Shown in pieces: positions 51,422-64,000 of a stretch of DNA of 64,000 nt. Numbering within the stretch: the stretch's first letter is position 1; each line of letters begins with the position of its first letter. A model generated the notes under the pieces. The model ran no database searches. It was not told the origin of the DNA and was given only the letters and a program-made list of their open reading frames with translations. This stretch comes from Octopus sinensis (taxonomy: Eukaryota). Location of the stretch: positions 99,758,001-99,822,000 of the forward strand of contig NC_043002.1 of assembly GCF_006345805.1 (NCBI RefSeq). The letters run 5' to 3'. Made by a program: the position numbers and the translations under genes.

Positions 51422-51660
51422 TGTGCAGCGTGGAAGGTGTTTGTAAGCCATTTAAGGAACACACAAAAGCCGTTCGATTCAACATTTAATTTGTCAAAAT
51501 ATTTTCTCGCTATAAGACCGCAACCTGTTCACTGACAAAAATCCGTGATGCAGCACAGGTTGTTCATTATCCTTAAACAACCATTCTTCAGAGACATTTT
51601 GAGCAATGTGAAGAAAACTTTAATTGGGCCCTGCCTGCAAGCTCATGCACTGTTAACCTT
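51422..51660 (-). mobile_element. Possible PLE-type terminal segment abutting a microsatellite
   Basis: Inferred only from position and the hammerhead-like fold at 51490-51539. Confidence 0.35.
51490..51539 (-). ncRNA. Hammerhead-like fold with G3:C8 swapped core
   Basis: TTTGTCA-GTGAACA-G-GTTGC(GGTCTTATA)GCGA-GAA-AATATT-T-TGACAAA. Confidence 0.45.
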
Positions 51661-51799
51661 CATATAAGGTCATCATGTCGTACACATATCGTTGTGAAGC
51701 ATGTGACTAGAGTACCTTTATCAGAGGTGTAGTCGTGATGGGTAGATTGGGCTTCGTATATGCGTACTCCATTGTCACTTTGATGGCGTGTGCACTCTA

Positions 51800-51950
51800 T
51801 TTTTGGCACAGGGCCTGTACTGTCGGGGAAGAGGGAAAGGTCGATTACATCGACTCCAGTGATCAAGTGATACTTATTTTATCAACTCCTTAAGGACGAA
51901 ATGCCATTAATCATTTTGCCCGGCGTGCTAGCAATTCGGCTAATTTGCCG
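51800..51950 (-). mobile_element. Degenerate SINE family B relic
   Basis: GTCGATTACATCGACTCCAGTG...ATACTTATTTTATCAAC...TTTGCCCGGCGTGCTAGCAATTC. Confidence 0.65.
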
Positions 51951-53063
51951 TTTTTGATATATCTAATATTACTCGTTTGTATTACTTAAATCTATTGTAT
52001 CATTGAAATTATGTATTTGGACATATCGGCATTTTCGGATGCTGTTGTAGTTACTAGTGCCTTTTATTTTATGTCAAGATATATTACACAAAACAAAATT
52101 TAGTTAATATCGGCCACATCCACGTAGAATCTTACAAATGACACGGTTATAAAAATGTATTCATAGTCACGGGCATTACTGAGTCGATATGTAGTCAATA
52201 TTTCTTCTTGAAATAGCAGTCAAAGCTCTCTCAAGTCTGATTGCATTACCGCTAAAACAAAGCAGTGCATAATTTATCCTGCAGTTGACTACGACTGAAA
52301 AAGTCAGAATACTCATGGACAGAATACATCTGATCGTAAGTCAGCTCGTCCATAGTTAATAAAGAGTCAATCAGGAATAGTTATACAGTAACCGGATTAA
52401 CCATAAGATGTTTAACGCTGTTGTACGCACAACATTTTTCAAACCAAGACTAAATTCGTGAGGAAGGAAACTTCTCTAGTTTTCAGTTATCATTGTTAGA
52501 CCAAAGTTTTCAACTGGCATGGAAATTTTTGCCAACGGACATAGAATTTGGCTTGGATTCTAATAGCATTTAGCAGCTAGTGTGCAACAATTTATTTAAT
52601 GTTCAACTTAGCATTGAAATAGGCACCAACACCAGGTGGTTATCTTTCGCAATCAATAGAGAATGTACAATAGTAATATACGCGTTGTAAATAGCTAATG
52701 GGTAACAAAAGCAATGGAAGCATAATGAAGAAATATTATGGAACGCTTCGAATCATCTTCGTATAGAACATGGTCCGTTTATTCGCAGTTAAGTATGTGG
52801 CTGCAGCTGAAATTCATTGCATTCAACAAGTAGTCACTGGTGTTCACATTTTTATCTAGATCAATGTCTCTTAATGTTCTTTATTAATATACGATTTCAC
52901 TAGACAATCGAAAACTTGGTACAAGAGTATACTTTTGTTTTGTTTTTTTTTCTTTTTTGCTTTGTTTTAAAATAACGATCACCACGTGGAATAAAAAAAT
53001 TAAGGAATAAAAAAAGTAACGGTTGAATATAAGACGAAGTCAGTGATTATCTCAACGCGGTTC

Positions 53064-53130
<67 letters not shown>

Positions 53131-53132
<2 letters not shown>

Positions 53133-53412
53133 CTTAACTTGTTTCAGTCATTCGGAAGAAATCGACCCCAGGACTTTTTCTTTTAAGCCTAGTTCTTATG
53201 ATATCAGTCTCTTATGCTGAACCACTATGTTATGGGGACATAACTCACCAAAATCGGTGGTCAAGCAATGGTGGTAACACAAACACAAGCACAAAGACAC
53301 ACACAGATAAATACCCCCCATATATATATATATATTATATATATATATATAGAGAGAGAGAGAGTGAGACTGAACCCTGTACCATGCAGTTGGGAAGTAA
53401 GCTTCTTACCAC
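53131..53412 (-). mobile_element. SINE family A, degraded
   Basis: TTGTTTCAGTCATT, ATCGACCCCAGGACT, GACTGAACCC...GTAAGCTTCTTACCACAC. Confidence 0.7.
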
Positions 53413-53901
53413 ACATATATATATATATATTAGAGTTATTTGAAATTTATGGACTTTCATTTGAGTTGCAGTCTCAGAGAAGTAAAAACCAAACGTTTTG
53501 CTGTCGTTGATGTACAGTGATAAAACTTCCATAATAATTCGTTGACGAATTGTAATGAGATCGACATATAATCAGATAAAGATAAGATATTTTTTTTCTG
53601 CGTGATGTGTTGTTTGGATCATCATCGATGGGTTGTGTGATCTTTTCTCAGCCAGGAGGCATTTTGTGTCCGTTTGTAATGTATTTCATATCATATTGCT
53701 TCATATTGATTCATATCCCTTTGTTAAAACTTATTTCAAGCTATATTTGGAAAGAGTTGGTCATGCCAGTAAAACTTCGACCTAAAGAGACTGTAGATGT
53801 AAAATAGATTTTTGCGTATCATCAACTGATTGTTAAATAATTTGAACTAGCTTGCCCCGTCCTGTCAAAAATGACGGCCAATTGTAGCATTTTATATAAA
53901 A

Positions 53902-54299
53902 ACTAGCAGTATCGCCCGGCGTTGCTCGGGTTTGTAAGGGAAATAACTATATAAGCATTTTTAGAGATGTAAAGTATAATAGCCATCTCAATATGGCTAA
54001 CAACAAAGGGGGGGGGTGTTACTGTAGCTTTTTGCGTTCTGAGATTTAATAATAAATTTTTAGAGAGTTACTTCCCTTATATATGCCAAAAATGCATTAA
54101 AAATGGGAAAAATTGATGGTAATTTTTTTTAAATCGTAGACTCATCGTAGATGCGCGCTAGTACCCAGAAGGGCTAGATATGAATCACGACTATAAGATA
54201 CCCGGTTTTGGTTAAACTGCACCGCAAAATGTGGGAGTAGTTAGGAATCTAAATCGTAGGAGACAGACAGCACACAACCTTACTTTTATATATAAAGAT
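53902..54299 (+). mobile_element. Helentron/DINE-1-like non-autonomous rolling-circle element
   Basis: Starts ACTAGC followed by a subterminal hairpin CCCGGCGTTGCTCGGG; ends GACAGACAG...TTTTATATATAAAGAT, a layout typical of HINE/DINE-1 elements. Confidence 0.5.
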
Positions 54300-54959
54300 A
54301 TAGATGATAAATCAAACTAATGCACTCGTCAATGATCACATACGTTCACATACTTCCTTTCTACATGCAGACACATACAGACATCAGAGTTCAAACACTG
54401 TTTGATTTTTCTTTTCAGCCCTAAATGTTCACCATCCCACCAGTTTACCATCATCTCTTCCTTCCTTATTCATTTAACACCCCTTCCTTTCTCATTCATA
54501 TGTTGCGACGGAGAAAAACACAAGAGTATAATTATAGTCCGATTATGTCTTTTGCACCTTTGTTTCGTTTAGTTAATAATTGTCCTACATAGTTTACTTC
54601 TCTTCGTTAGGGTTATATAGTTGTCTAATTAAAGTATCCGTACGGCCACATTAACTTTGCCAGAGTGTATTGCATTATACATTAGATAAAATGACTCATA
54701 ACATTTGGATAGCCAAAGGATGGGCATTGCTGACATTTAGCATACATGATATTCCATATTAGTAAGTTGACCTTCTATTGCTCTGACATGTTTCTGTAAT
54801 TCGCCTCCTGTGTATTTTCGAGTCCCATGTGGCATAAACTAGATTGATTTAATATTTTTAAAAAATGTTTCCCTGCTAGGAGACAAACACCGAATCTATT
54901 CACCCGAAATGTAATGTTGTTTTTGCATTATTTGCCAGCTGAAATGTTATAGTGTTATA

Positions 54960-55115
54960 CATTTATTCATGTATACACACACACATGTATACATAAAATA
55001 AATATATATATATACACATACACATATATATGTATATACATATATACATAAATATATATATATATGTATATATATATATGTATATATCTTTATATATACA
55101 TATATATATATTATG

Positions 55116-55146
<31 letters not shown>

Positions 55147-55160
55147 GTATATATATATAC

Positions 55161-55206
<46 letters not shown>

Positions 55207-55208
55207 GA

Positions 55209-55239
<31 letters not shown>

Positions 55240-55424
55240 GAATATATATATATACATATATATATATGAATATATCTCTATATATACATATATATATACT
55301 TATATATACATATATATATATTACATATATATATATATATATATATACATATATATACATACATATATATACACATATATATACACACACACATATATAT
55401 ATATATATATATGTATGTATATAT

Positions 55425-55475
<51 letters not shown>

Positions 55476-55550
55476 CACACACTCACACACCCACATATAT
55501 ATACTGGTATATATCTATATTCGTGAGGGTGTAGATGTATGTATATGTAT
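54960..55550. repeat. Long (TA)n/(CA)n compound microsatellite
   Basis: Directly visible. Confidence 0.95.
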
Positions 55551-56129
55551 GTACTATATGCGCTTCTACTGGTTGTGTCTGAGAAAGTGGTAATCTTTGG
55601 GTAGTAAGGTATTGTATTTTCAGTATAACATTTATATGGCGGAATTTTTGAGATAAGTGCAGAAATTTGTTTGACTTTTTTCTAACCTTTGCAACCAATA
55701 ACGTCTACTGACTTCTATTAACATTACACGTGAGCCTTACTGATCAAAAATTCATGATTTCTTTTAAATGAAATTGAATCCGACAGATGTCTTGTCAATT
55801 ATGCACAGCTCTGTTACTTAAAAAATATCATTACGTTAGCACCGTTTCATATGGCCTATTGCACTGAATGGTTAAACAGTCATTTTTTTTTAACATATAA
55901 AGACGCATTAGTTCCCTTGGCTTCGGATATTCGACGTGTTGATTACTAGGCTGATAACATATCCATATCGACAAAATGTAGCACTAGTAATGTTTTGTAA
56001 AATATTTTTTTAATCCTAACAATGACGATACTAGCTTACATTCCCTATTTATGCGAGCTTAGATTCCCTTATTTTAATAAGGAGGGAAGCCACGGCCCCC
56101 GACCCTTTATAGCCCCGAGTAAATACAGC

Positions 56130-56320
56130 TAGATAATCCAAGCAAACGTCCATACATTCCACCAATACACTACGCTATGTTGTTACTTTTCAATATTCCC
56201 CAGGAAAATGAGAAGCGAAGTTAACTTCATTGAGATTTGAACCAAAGAACAGAGAGTTTTAAAAATGACCAGGAAGCATTCTCCAGGGCACACCAACGTC
56301 TTCGCCAATTCACCGACAAG
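56130..56320 (-). mobile_element. Degenerate composite SINE relic matching 46230-46420
   Basis: TCGGTGAATTGGCGAAGACG...TTAACTTCGCTTCTCATTTTC...GTGTATTGGTGGAATGTATGGACGTTTGC is shared in reverse orientation. Confidence 0.7.
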
Positions 56321-57144
56321 ATGATAACTTTATAAAGAAGACAAATCTAAAACTCTGTGACTGTGCATACTGCTAGCATTAATATTTAGCCCTAGGCTGA
56401 CGCAGATTGAGCAGATCTAAAAAGAAAATCAGATCCAGCTGTGACTATATTATTAAATAGCAGCATCTAAGTAGCATATCTAGGACACCATGCAAGAAAA
56501 AAGAAAAATTATTGGATAAATTAGTTGACTTTGAAGAATATGTAATCAGATAATTATTTCGTCACCAAACCTACATGCATTCTAACTTATTCTGTAATTA
56601 GATACCATCTTATCGTTTGCACGTCCCCAAGAAAGGCTAATAAGAGCGACTCATATACGTCGTTCTTACAGTAATTACAAATGATCATATTTACTCAGCC
56701 ATCCCCTATCTGCTTACTTGGACTTAATCTTTGGCTAGTTAAAATCTTTGGAACTATCTTCCTTTACCATTTTATAGCTTAAGAGGACCCGCTCTACGCG
56801 CGGGTGAGGATGTGGTTGTTGCTTTCTGTTGCTTCCTTTAAGTTTCTTATCGCCATATTCTCCTTCTTTGTTTCTCTCTCCTTTCTCTCTCACTTTCCCA
56901 CTCACTCTTTCTTTCTCTTGGACTCTCCCTTACTTTCTCTTACTCTCTATCTTTCTCTATCTATCTCCGATTTATAAAAATCAAAAGATCTTGAGTGAGT
57001 TGAGAAAGAAAATATTTTGAAAGATCAATCATAAATATCAGGCAGTGACAACGGAAAGGTGTGCTTCAAGGTAGACAGCAAAACACTAACATTTAAAAGG
57101 GGCAGACGAACTTGCGAGCTGAATAGAAATAGAAAAAATATTGG

Positions 57145-57380
57145 AAACCAAAGTTTGAAGGGATAGAACCTCAGGATGGTAGACTCACCATGGCTGGCAT
57201 TCAACACTTCTTAACGACGGACAGCAACGTACTGGCAGTTTAACGGCTGGCGCAAAATCTTGAACTTGATGTAAAAGAAAATTCCTAAACACTAGGTTTT
57301 GAAGTGATTCTTTCTCACGATAGTAGACTCAGCATGGCAGGCATTCAAAACTTATTCATGACGGACGGCAACACATTGAT
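57145..57380. repeat. Diverged direct repeat, ~90-bp copies spaced ~144 bp apart
   Basis: GAT(G/A)GTAGACTCA(C/G)CATGGC(T/A)GGCATTCAA at ~57175 and ~57320. Confidence 0.75.
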
Positions 57381-59159
57381 CGGGCAAAAGGTGTCCAATC
57401 TAGACCCACAAGCGTCCCCAAAAATCAATAAAATCCCACTTTTCACACCAAAGCAACTACTGCAGCGCCTCAAAACGTCTCTCAATCAATTTCTCACCTC
57501 AAGTTACCACCTCCTGTAAATTTTAATCCCCTTCCAACCACATGTAGATGGGGTATTTTTTTTTTGCATATTCGTAATCGCCGACATCTAAAACGCAGCA
57601 ATCTGAAAAGAAACTCTTCAAAAAAATGCATTTTTAAAAGAGAGGTGCGAAACTGCATTAGCCCCAAATAGTGAGCTTATCCTCTTTTCTTCATTCATAT
57701 TCTTGTGCTCCTGTCCCCAAAAGTACAATATAATAGATGTTGTGCACTGAACACAAGCCAGCCCTCTTTTGACTTTTGCCTCTAAACGTTTTAACGTTAG
57801 AAAATATTCATTGAATGTGTTATTGTATCAGTGTACATCCCATTAAATGATATTGCTAATTTGCAGGAAAGGATATCTTGAATAAGCCATGTCGATGGTA
57901 CTTTTTTTAAACACTTAATCTTCGTTTTGATAAGGATTTCAATTAGGCGTAATTTGACGACAAACAAATATATGAATAGACGTATTTATACAAGCTTTAC
58001 CTTAATATGATTTCTTTTTTGAAATTTTAAAGTAATGACGATGCTAGTAATCATATCTAGTATATTGAATAGGCAATGTAATGTGTTAGGAAAATGTATT
58101 CCAATTATGAAAATTATTGCAGTACTCCATACCCTAATATTATATTACTATTTATCTGAAAACATTGAAAGACGTCAAGTATCTGAGGTGCTATATACTA
58201 TGTTTTCTTCTGGTGGCTGACTAATATATTTTAACTGCTGTATTCATAGATGGAGAATTATGTCTAATCACTAATATTGTCGATGACCATCATGATTTAT
58301 TGGAATTAGTGTAATAGTTAACATTTAGGATTCTTAATCTTCTGTTGTTAGTATTTGTTGGTTTTTTTTCGATGTGGTATTTATTTATGTGATAAGTTAA
58401 ATTTAATAGTTTTACTTCATAGAAAGAGTGCATAAAAATTGTAAAACAACGCCATACATCCACTAGAAAACCAGAAAATTGTAATTCTAATTTTAGATTG
58501 ACCTGCTCTCATATAAGTGTGTATTTGTTATATAGAATGTACATCGAATTATCCAAGCATGTGACATATAACAGTTGTAATAAGAAACGTTAGATAAGCT
58601 TTCACTTACATAATTAGATTATTTTTAGGGAAAAAAAGCATAATGCTGAAAAGCATAGAAATCAATTTCTATTCAAGATTTGTGACTAAGAGAATTAAAT
58701 CTACTCTGTTTAAGTTTATTCGTCCAATCAATGTTACTTCTCATAAAAGTATGTTTCCTTTCAAAATAATTTTAACATTATCCATTGCTATGCGTCACTA
58801 ACAATCAATGTGTCTAGAGTGGCCTGTGTTGATGGCCGTCACTAAAAGATTTTTGGTAATCGCATTATATATTATTCGATTCTACATCATGTTTCCAGCT
58901 ACTCTCTGAAACATTTGTCTAAAGCATGGCAAATCCATAAAGATATAACCATTAATCTATGTGCAAGCCTGGCTGGATATATATGTGTGTTCTTGGTAGG
59001 AAATGTGTTGACGTTCTACAAGCACACTCCACGTCCTTCTTCGTAAATAAGAGTAATTGAAAGATGGCATGCTATAAAACGGCGTTGCCTAGAAAGCAAA
59101 TGTATTTCCTTAGAGAATAATAAACTTTTGAGAATGAAAACTCAAATATAGAAAATAAA

Positions 59160-59450
59160 AAGACATTTGAATTTCTTTAATCAATCGTTGAAGAAACGCT
59201 AAACTTTCAAACTACTCCGTAGTTGGTGAATTGGACAGGAATTCTCAATTTAAAATAACAATGGAATATCACATCAAACCATTTTGCTTGGTTTGCCAAC
59301 ACATATGTCGTCATCAGAAAATACTTCTTCGGAAAGCAAATGCAATTCACATGTCAGAATGGAGTAAAACTTTTTCATAATTTACCATTATTAATTGGGA
59401 AGTAAATAGCTACGCGCAAAAGCAGTTTGACACATGCAGTAGCATTTGTA
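59160..59450 (+). mobile_element. Possible hAT (Charlie/GTF2IRD2-like) transposase N-terminal remnant
   Basis: Frameshifted KKR.TFKLLRSW..F..NNNG..KPFCLVCQ..WSK resembles the BED-finger region F...W...F....GKP.CL.C. Confidence 0.3.
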
Positions 59451-61491
59451 ACACTTTTCACATATAATTCTGTGTATGTGCACAGCCATATTTAATGGAA
59501 GGGAGAAAAAAATATTCTGAGCTAGTTGTAGTTCTAATTGCTGGAAGATGATATGTTCATTATTAATTCAGATATTTCAAAATTAATATGGCATACAATG
59601 ACTGATACATGTTTGTTTACAAACACATTATGAAAGAAAATACTGATGAAATAATTAATACTGAATTTCATGTCGTAAGGAAATTTTAAACCAGTTCCCA
59701 TAGTGATCAGAATGAAGTGGAGGGCTATTATCACAGACAATATAAAAACACCAAGGTATTAGTTTACTAATTGATCAAATTTCTAAACGAAGAGTATTCA
59801 ATCGCTTAAACATAAAGATCAACTATGCAAATATTTATGACAGCAAATCAAAAGATTATTCTGAAAAAAATTACTAATAGATTTGCCGCGGCAAAACACG
59901 TTAATACTAATCAATGAAGAAGTCAAAATAGTCTCTTCGGGATGTAATAGTCTTCTCCTGATGTAAGAGACTAACGCACAAATATGCTTCGAATGGCATC
60001 CTTACCGTTATAAAAGGAAATATCAGATAAAAGGATTTTGAGTAAGCATACGATGTGTACAATAAAGACTGCATGGGTATGGCTAGATTTTGATTGAAAG
60101 GTTGCACGATTGATGATGACCTTAGTGTCAAGAACAACGTTTACATACTATTTCAAAATAACAGGAGTCTGCCTTATGGAAAATTACGTTTTACATATAG
60201 AGAGGTGTTTTTCTAATAGAAACAGTATGTTGTAAGAACACAAGTAAGAGTGTGTAACTTAGCGTTTATCAGTTGCTAGAGATCAACAAGTACTTGGATA
60301 TAACTGTGCTTAAAAGACAAGATGTAAAAGGCGATTAGGGTATGAAGATTATCTCATTGATATTATTTCCCTGCCTCTCTCTTTCTCACCATATATATAT
60401 ATATATATATATATACAACTTATAAATAAGGGCAACAGAAATATTATTTCCATGCCAGTATGCTGATAACAGAATTTAAGTCGTCAATTTCCACATATCA
60501 TTATACACTCACTATAAATACACGTCGTGCTGAAACGAGAAGCTAGTCAACAGAATTTTTTGAAAGAAAAGTTCGTTATTTCTATATTGAATCAATTTCG
60601 GAATTAATTCCATGTATTGTTTCCTCTTCAGTAGAAAATACGACAAGTAATAAATGAAATACCTACACACACCCATGGAAAAAAGCAGAAGCAAAAGTCA
60701 TCTGTACACATAAGTACCCCAGTTATATCTAAATATAACATCCTTTAACTAGCCTCAGCACACGTGTGAACTCTTCCAAGCCACATCTTATAGTGGTTAC
60801 CAGTCACTAAATGAAGGGTGATAAATCTACTATTAATATAGGATGAATTTTTTTCAGAAAAAAATTTCATCAAAAAGTGGCAGCATATTAAAATGCCTTT
60901 AAAGGTTAAAATTATAAACAAGAGCAAAAGAAAAATTATATATCAATATATATCGATATTTTTATACATATTATTTTATACATATGATTTGGAATTTTTA
61001 TATCCGTTTTATAAATGTAGAAGAATATATGTATATTTGATTTTGAGTGTGGTCATTTATTAGGTTCCTCTAGTTTCTGCTTATATTGCCTCCATTCAGA
61101 TTATTAAGCGGCATATATATATGATTTGCGTCTGCGCACTGGTCTGGAAAGTTAGGGTATACAGATCGTTAGATTTACACGTGCTTCTAACAGTATGTAC
61201 ATCTTGGGTTACAAAGGCCTTTTGCTGATGATTCTGGCCTTGGCAGATAAATTCTATTCATTTGCTAAAAAAAGATGAAACCGCGGTACAGGATTAGCTG
61301 AGTTAGTAAGCGTTTTTGATTTTCATTCCATTTCATGAATTTATCCCCTTTTTGTGTATCTAGCACTTGCTTCTTTATTTGGAAGCCTTTTAATGTATTT
61401 ATATATGAATAACATATAGTCTAATGATTAATTCGTCTTTTGTGCTAGGTCACTGGTAATAATAATATATTTTTATTACCCTATTTACTAT

Positions 61492-61534
<43 letters not shown>

Positions 61535-62410
61535 TGTATATATAGTAAAGTATAGTAAAGTAGTGTGCTGGGAAACACGACAGGTTACCTAATGTTTGGT
61601 ATCCGTAGTAAGTTGCACACAACTCATCTATACCCATTTAATCGAAGTCGATGATGTCTCGGATAATCTACGTGCGAAAATTCGCAGCGAACCCTAAAGA
61701 ACTGAATCGACCGTGCAATATCATCTGGTTGACAAACTTTTCTATTGATTTAAAACCACTCTATGATTAATGCGTATATTTCTCAATTCTCCTCTCTAAG
61801 ATATTGAGTGTTCAGCACTGATTAGACTAATATAGTAATCGAAACATAGCAACGTGTCTGGGGTAAATTGGCATTTATTTTAATATTGATATTCGTTCTG
61901 TCTAGTATATTTTCCTGGTATACCCTTTTATATATATTAGATTACTATATTTTCGAACTATTTTACCGTACTGCATAGTCTGAGTCTATTACATAAAGAT
62001 TTATTGAATGTTTCGTTGCAATTTATATGTGTTAATCTCCTTGTTTCTTAAACACTATATCCTGTATAAAAGCCGTGTGTGTGTGGTGTATGTGAGTGAG
62101 TGTTTGTGTGTGTCTGTATGTGCGTGCTTGTATCTGTGTGCGCTTCTTTTTGGTTATATCATATTCTACGCTGATTGTCTGAAAGACATTTAATCACCGC
62201 AAGGCAATGATGCTAGTTATAGTAGCAACATTACGAAACCGTCGATAATAATATGTATTAGCTTAAAAGATTGTTGCATGTACAAAACTCCGTTCCCCCC
62301 ACCACACTTATAATACTCAGGTGTAAATTGATATACGCTTTAATACTTATAATCATACTTTCACTTGTACAAGTATATTCTTGAATATATATTACACTAC
62401 ATTATACTTA

Positions 62411-62491
<81 letters not shown>

Positions 62492-62722
62492 AAAATGTTA
62501 ATATATATATATATGTATTAAACATTATTAAAGGTTGCTCACAGATTGAATTAAATGAAAGTAATAAAGTGGATTGGTCAGTTTCACTTAATACGTTAGT
62601 AATTTTTATACTACTTCCAATGTTACGCATATTAGCACGCGAAAAATATCTTAAAATGTCAATTTCCTGGAAGAAAGGCAAATATATTTCGTTTTCTTAT
62701 ACTATATATTTGTAATCATTTA

Positions 62723-62864
62723 TTAGGTTGTCCCAAAAGTTCGTAAACACTTGCGAAAATTGAATTTTTACTCGCCAAGTGCTAACAAAAACAACAAAAA
62801 TTATTCCTCAAAATAAAGACCATTATTTTTCCAAGACTTTCTACGAACCTTTGGGACAACCTTA
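62723..62864. mobile_element. Tc1/mariner-type MITE (142 bp) with TA TSD
   Basis: TIR TTAGGTTGTCCCAAAAGTTCGTA versus right-end reverse complement TAAGGTTGTCCCAAAGGTTCGTA; TA on both sides. Confidence 0.88.
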
Positions 62865-63064
62865 TATTAGATTCGTATTTCGATGGGGTTGAGTACGGTT
62901 GGCATACTTTATCGTTTCAATCTTTCTCATGGGAGTAAAGATAAGGATGTTATATGCCTCAAGGATACTAAGTGGTAAAATTTGTGCTAGAAGAGGAATT
63001 GAATTGGATACAGTATACGGTATGTGTTTGTGTATATATACATAAATGTGTGTGTGTGTCCTCG

Positions 63065-63960
63065 TTACAATTCGGTTGTTGACTTTTTATTATAATATCC
63101 AAGAAAGGGAGATGCTCTTTGCTGTATTCCATTGTAGGGTTTATATTGATTAGTTTTGATTTAAATACTAAAAGTTTATTAATGGTCTCATTCCAAATGA
63201 TAAAGCACTCATCCAGATATCTTTTCTAGTTTTCTCTTATATAACGTTGAAATGGATGTCTATATTTTTGCAGTGACACTTCATACATGGTGAATTCAAA
63301 ATATCCCCTAATTAGATTCGCAAGAATAAGGGCTGATTTCGTTCCTATCGCAATCCCGCATTCTTGACGATAGTAGGTGTCATCAAATAGAAAGTAACTG
63401 TTCTGAAGAATAAATTTTAATGTTTCAATAATAAAAAAAACCTGGTTTCTACATCCCGGAAAATATTTAGGGTACTTTTCCAGCCATAGTTTTATTGCTT
63501 CTATTCCATAGTCATGTGGGATATTGATGTTAAGATTAATTACATCAAAGGAAACTAATAATATCACTTCATTAGTTGTTTTTGTAGATCGTCCGTGATG
63601 AAAATTTTGATGTATTTCAGCAAGGGTGTCAGTAGGATGTGTAGGAAATTGTTTAGGCGGTGGGTTTTACAGGTTGGGCTAGCTATAATGGATCTTAACT
63701 TTAAATCTTCTGGTGCTTGGATATTCATGTATTTGCCTGGTGATTGTTTGCCGGCTTCATTAACTATCTTGATCTTGTGTATTTTAAATAGACCGTAAAA
63801 ACGATTGTGCTTGCGAACATTTAAAGTTCGTGATATAATCTTTATTGTGATACATTTCTTTCTCTGTCAGGCCTTTTCGTGTAGATGAATTAAATAGGCA
63901 AGACTTTTCATTGTTTGTTGTTTATAGTTAAACAACTTTTACGTGGAAGGTATCGTTCTC
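63065..63960 (-). mobile_element. Penelope-like element reverse-transcriptase remnant
   Basis: FYGLFKIHK..PEDLKLRSIIA..HRLNNFLHILL; LVSFDV..NIPHDYGIEAI..YFLFDDTYYRQECGIAIGT..ANL; KRYLDECFIIW; LPFLDI. Confidence 0.92.
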
Positions 63961-64000
63961 TAGCATAGATAAGAAGAAGAAGAAGAAGAGGTGTTTCCTT

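Noticed and set aside
61100-61192. 93-nt plus-strand exon candidate (IIKRHIYMICVCALVWKVRVYRSLDLHVLLT)
   Set aside because: Good splice motifs but contains a TA run and has no recognisable protein similarity
61225-61262. CTGATGA-T-TCTG...CAGA-TAAA
   Set aside because: G12 absent and helices I and III not formed
62178-62250. Hairpin followed by GAAAC-C-GTC
   Set aside because: No recognisable CUGANGA adjacent to the stem; too degenerate to call

Overview
AT-rich, microsatellite-dense, repeat-dominated animal DNA, most likely an octopus (coleoid cephalopod) intronic or intergenic segment. The species call is an inference from the tRNA-derived SINE families present. No host protein-coding gene could be identified with confidence; the only moderately supported exon candidate is 23377-23539 on the minus strand. 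Nearly all long ORFs in the supplied track are microsatellite artefacts. Recognisable coding remnants are all transposon fossils: mariner transposase, RTE, CR1/L2-like, Hero/NeSL-like, two R4/Dong LINE pieces, at least three Penelope-like element (PLE) RT or GIY-YIG pieces and a possible hAT fragment. There are also many SINEs of four families (several with target-site duplications), a Helentron-like element, MITEs and foldback hairpins. The most interesting signal is a set of hammerhead-ribozyme-like folds in unrelated repeat ends. One has a near-canonical core with a ~100-nt helix II (25884-26010, minus). One has a compensatory G3:C8 core swap (51490-51539, minus). A two-copy family shares an A6U core plus an extra A (18171-18208 plus, 28464-28501 minus). 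Two partial cores lie at 30862-30899 and 26704-26758. All alignments, translations and folds were done by eye; no database searches were run.
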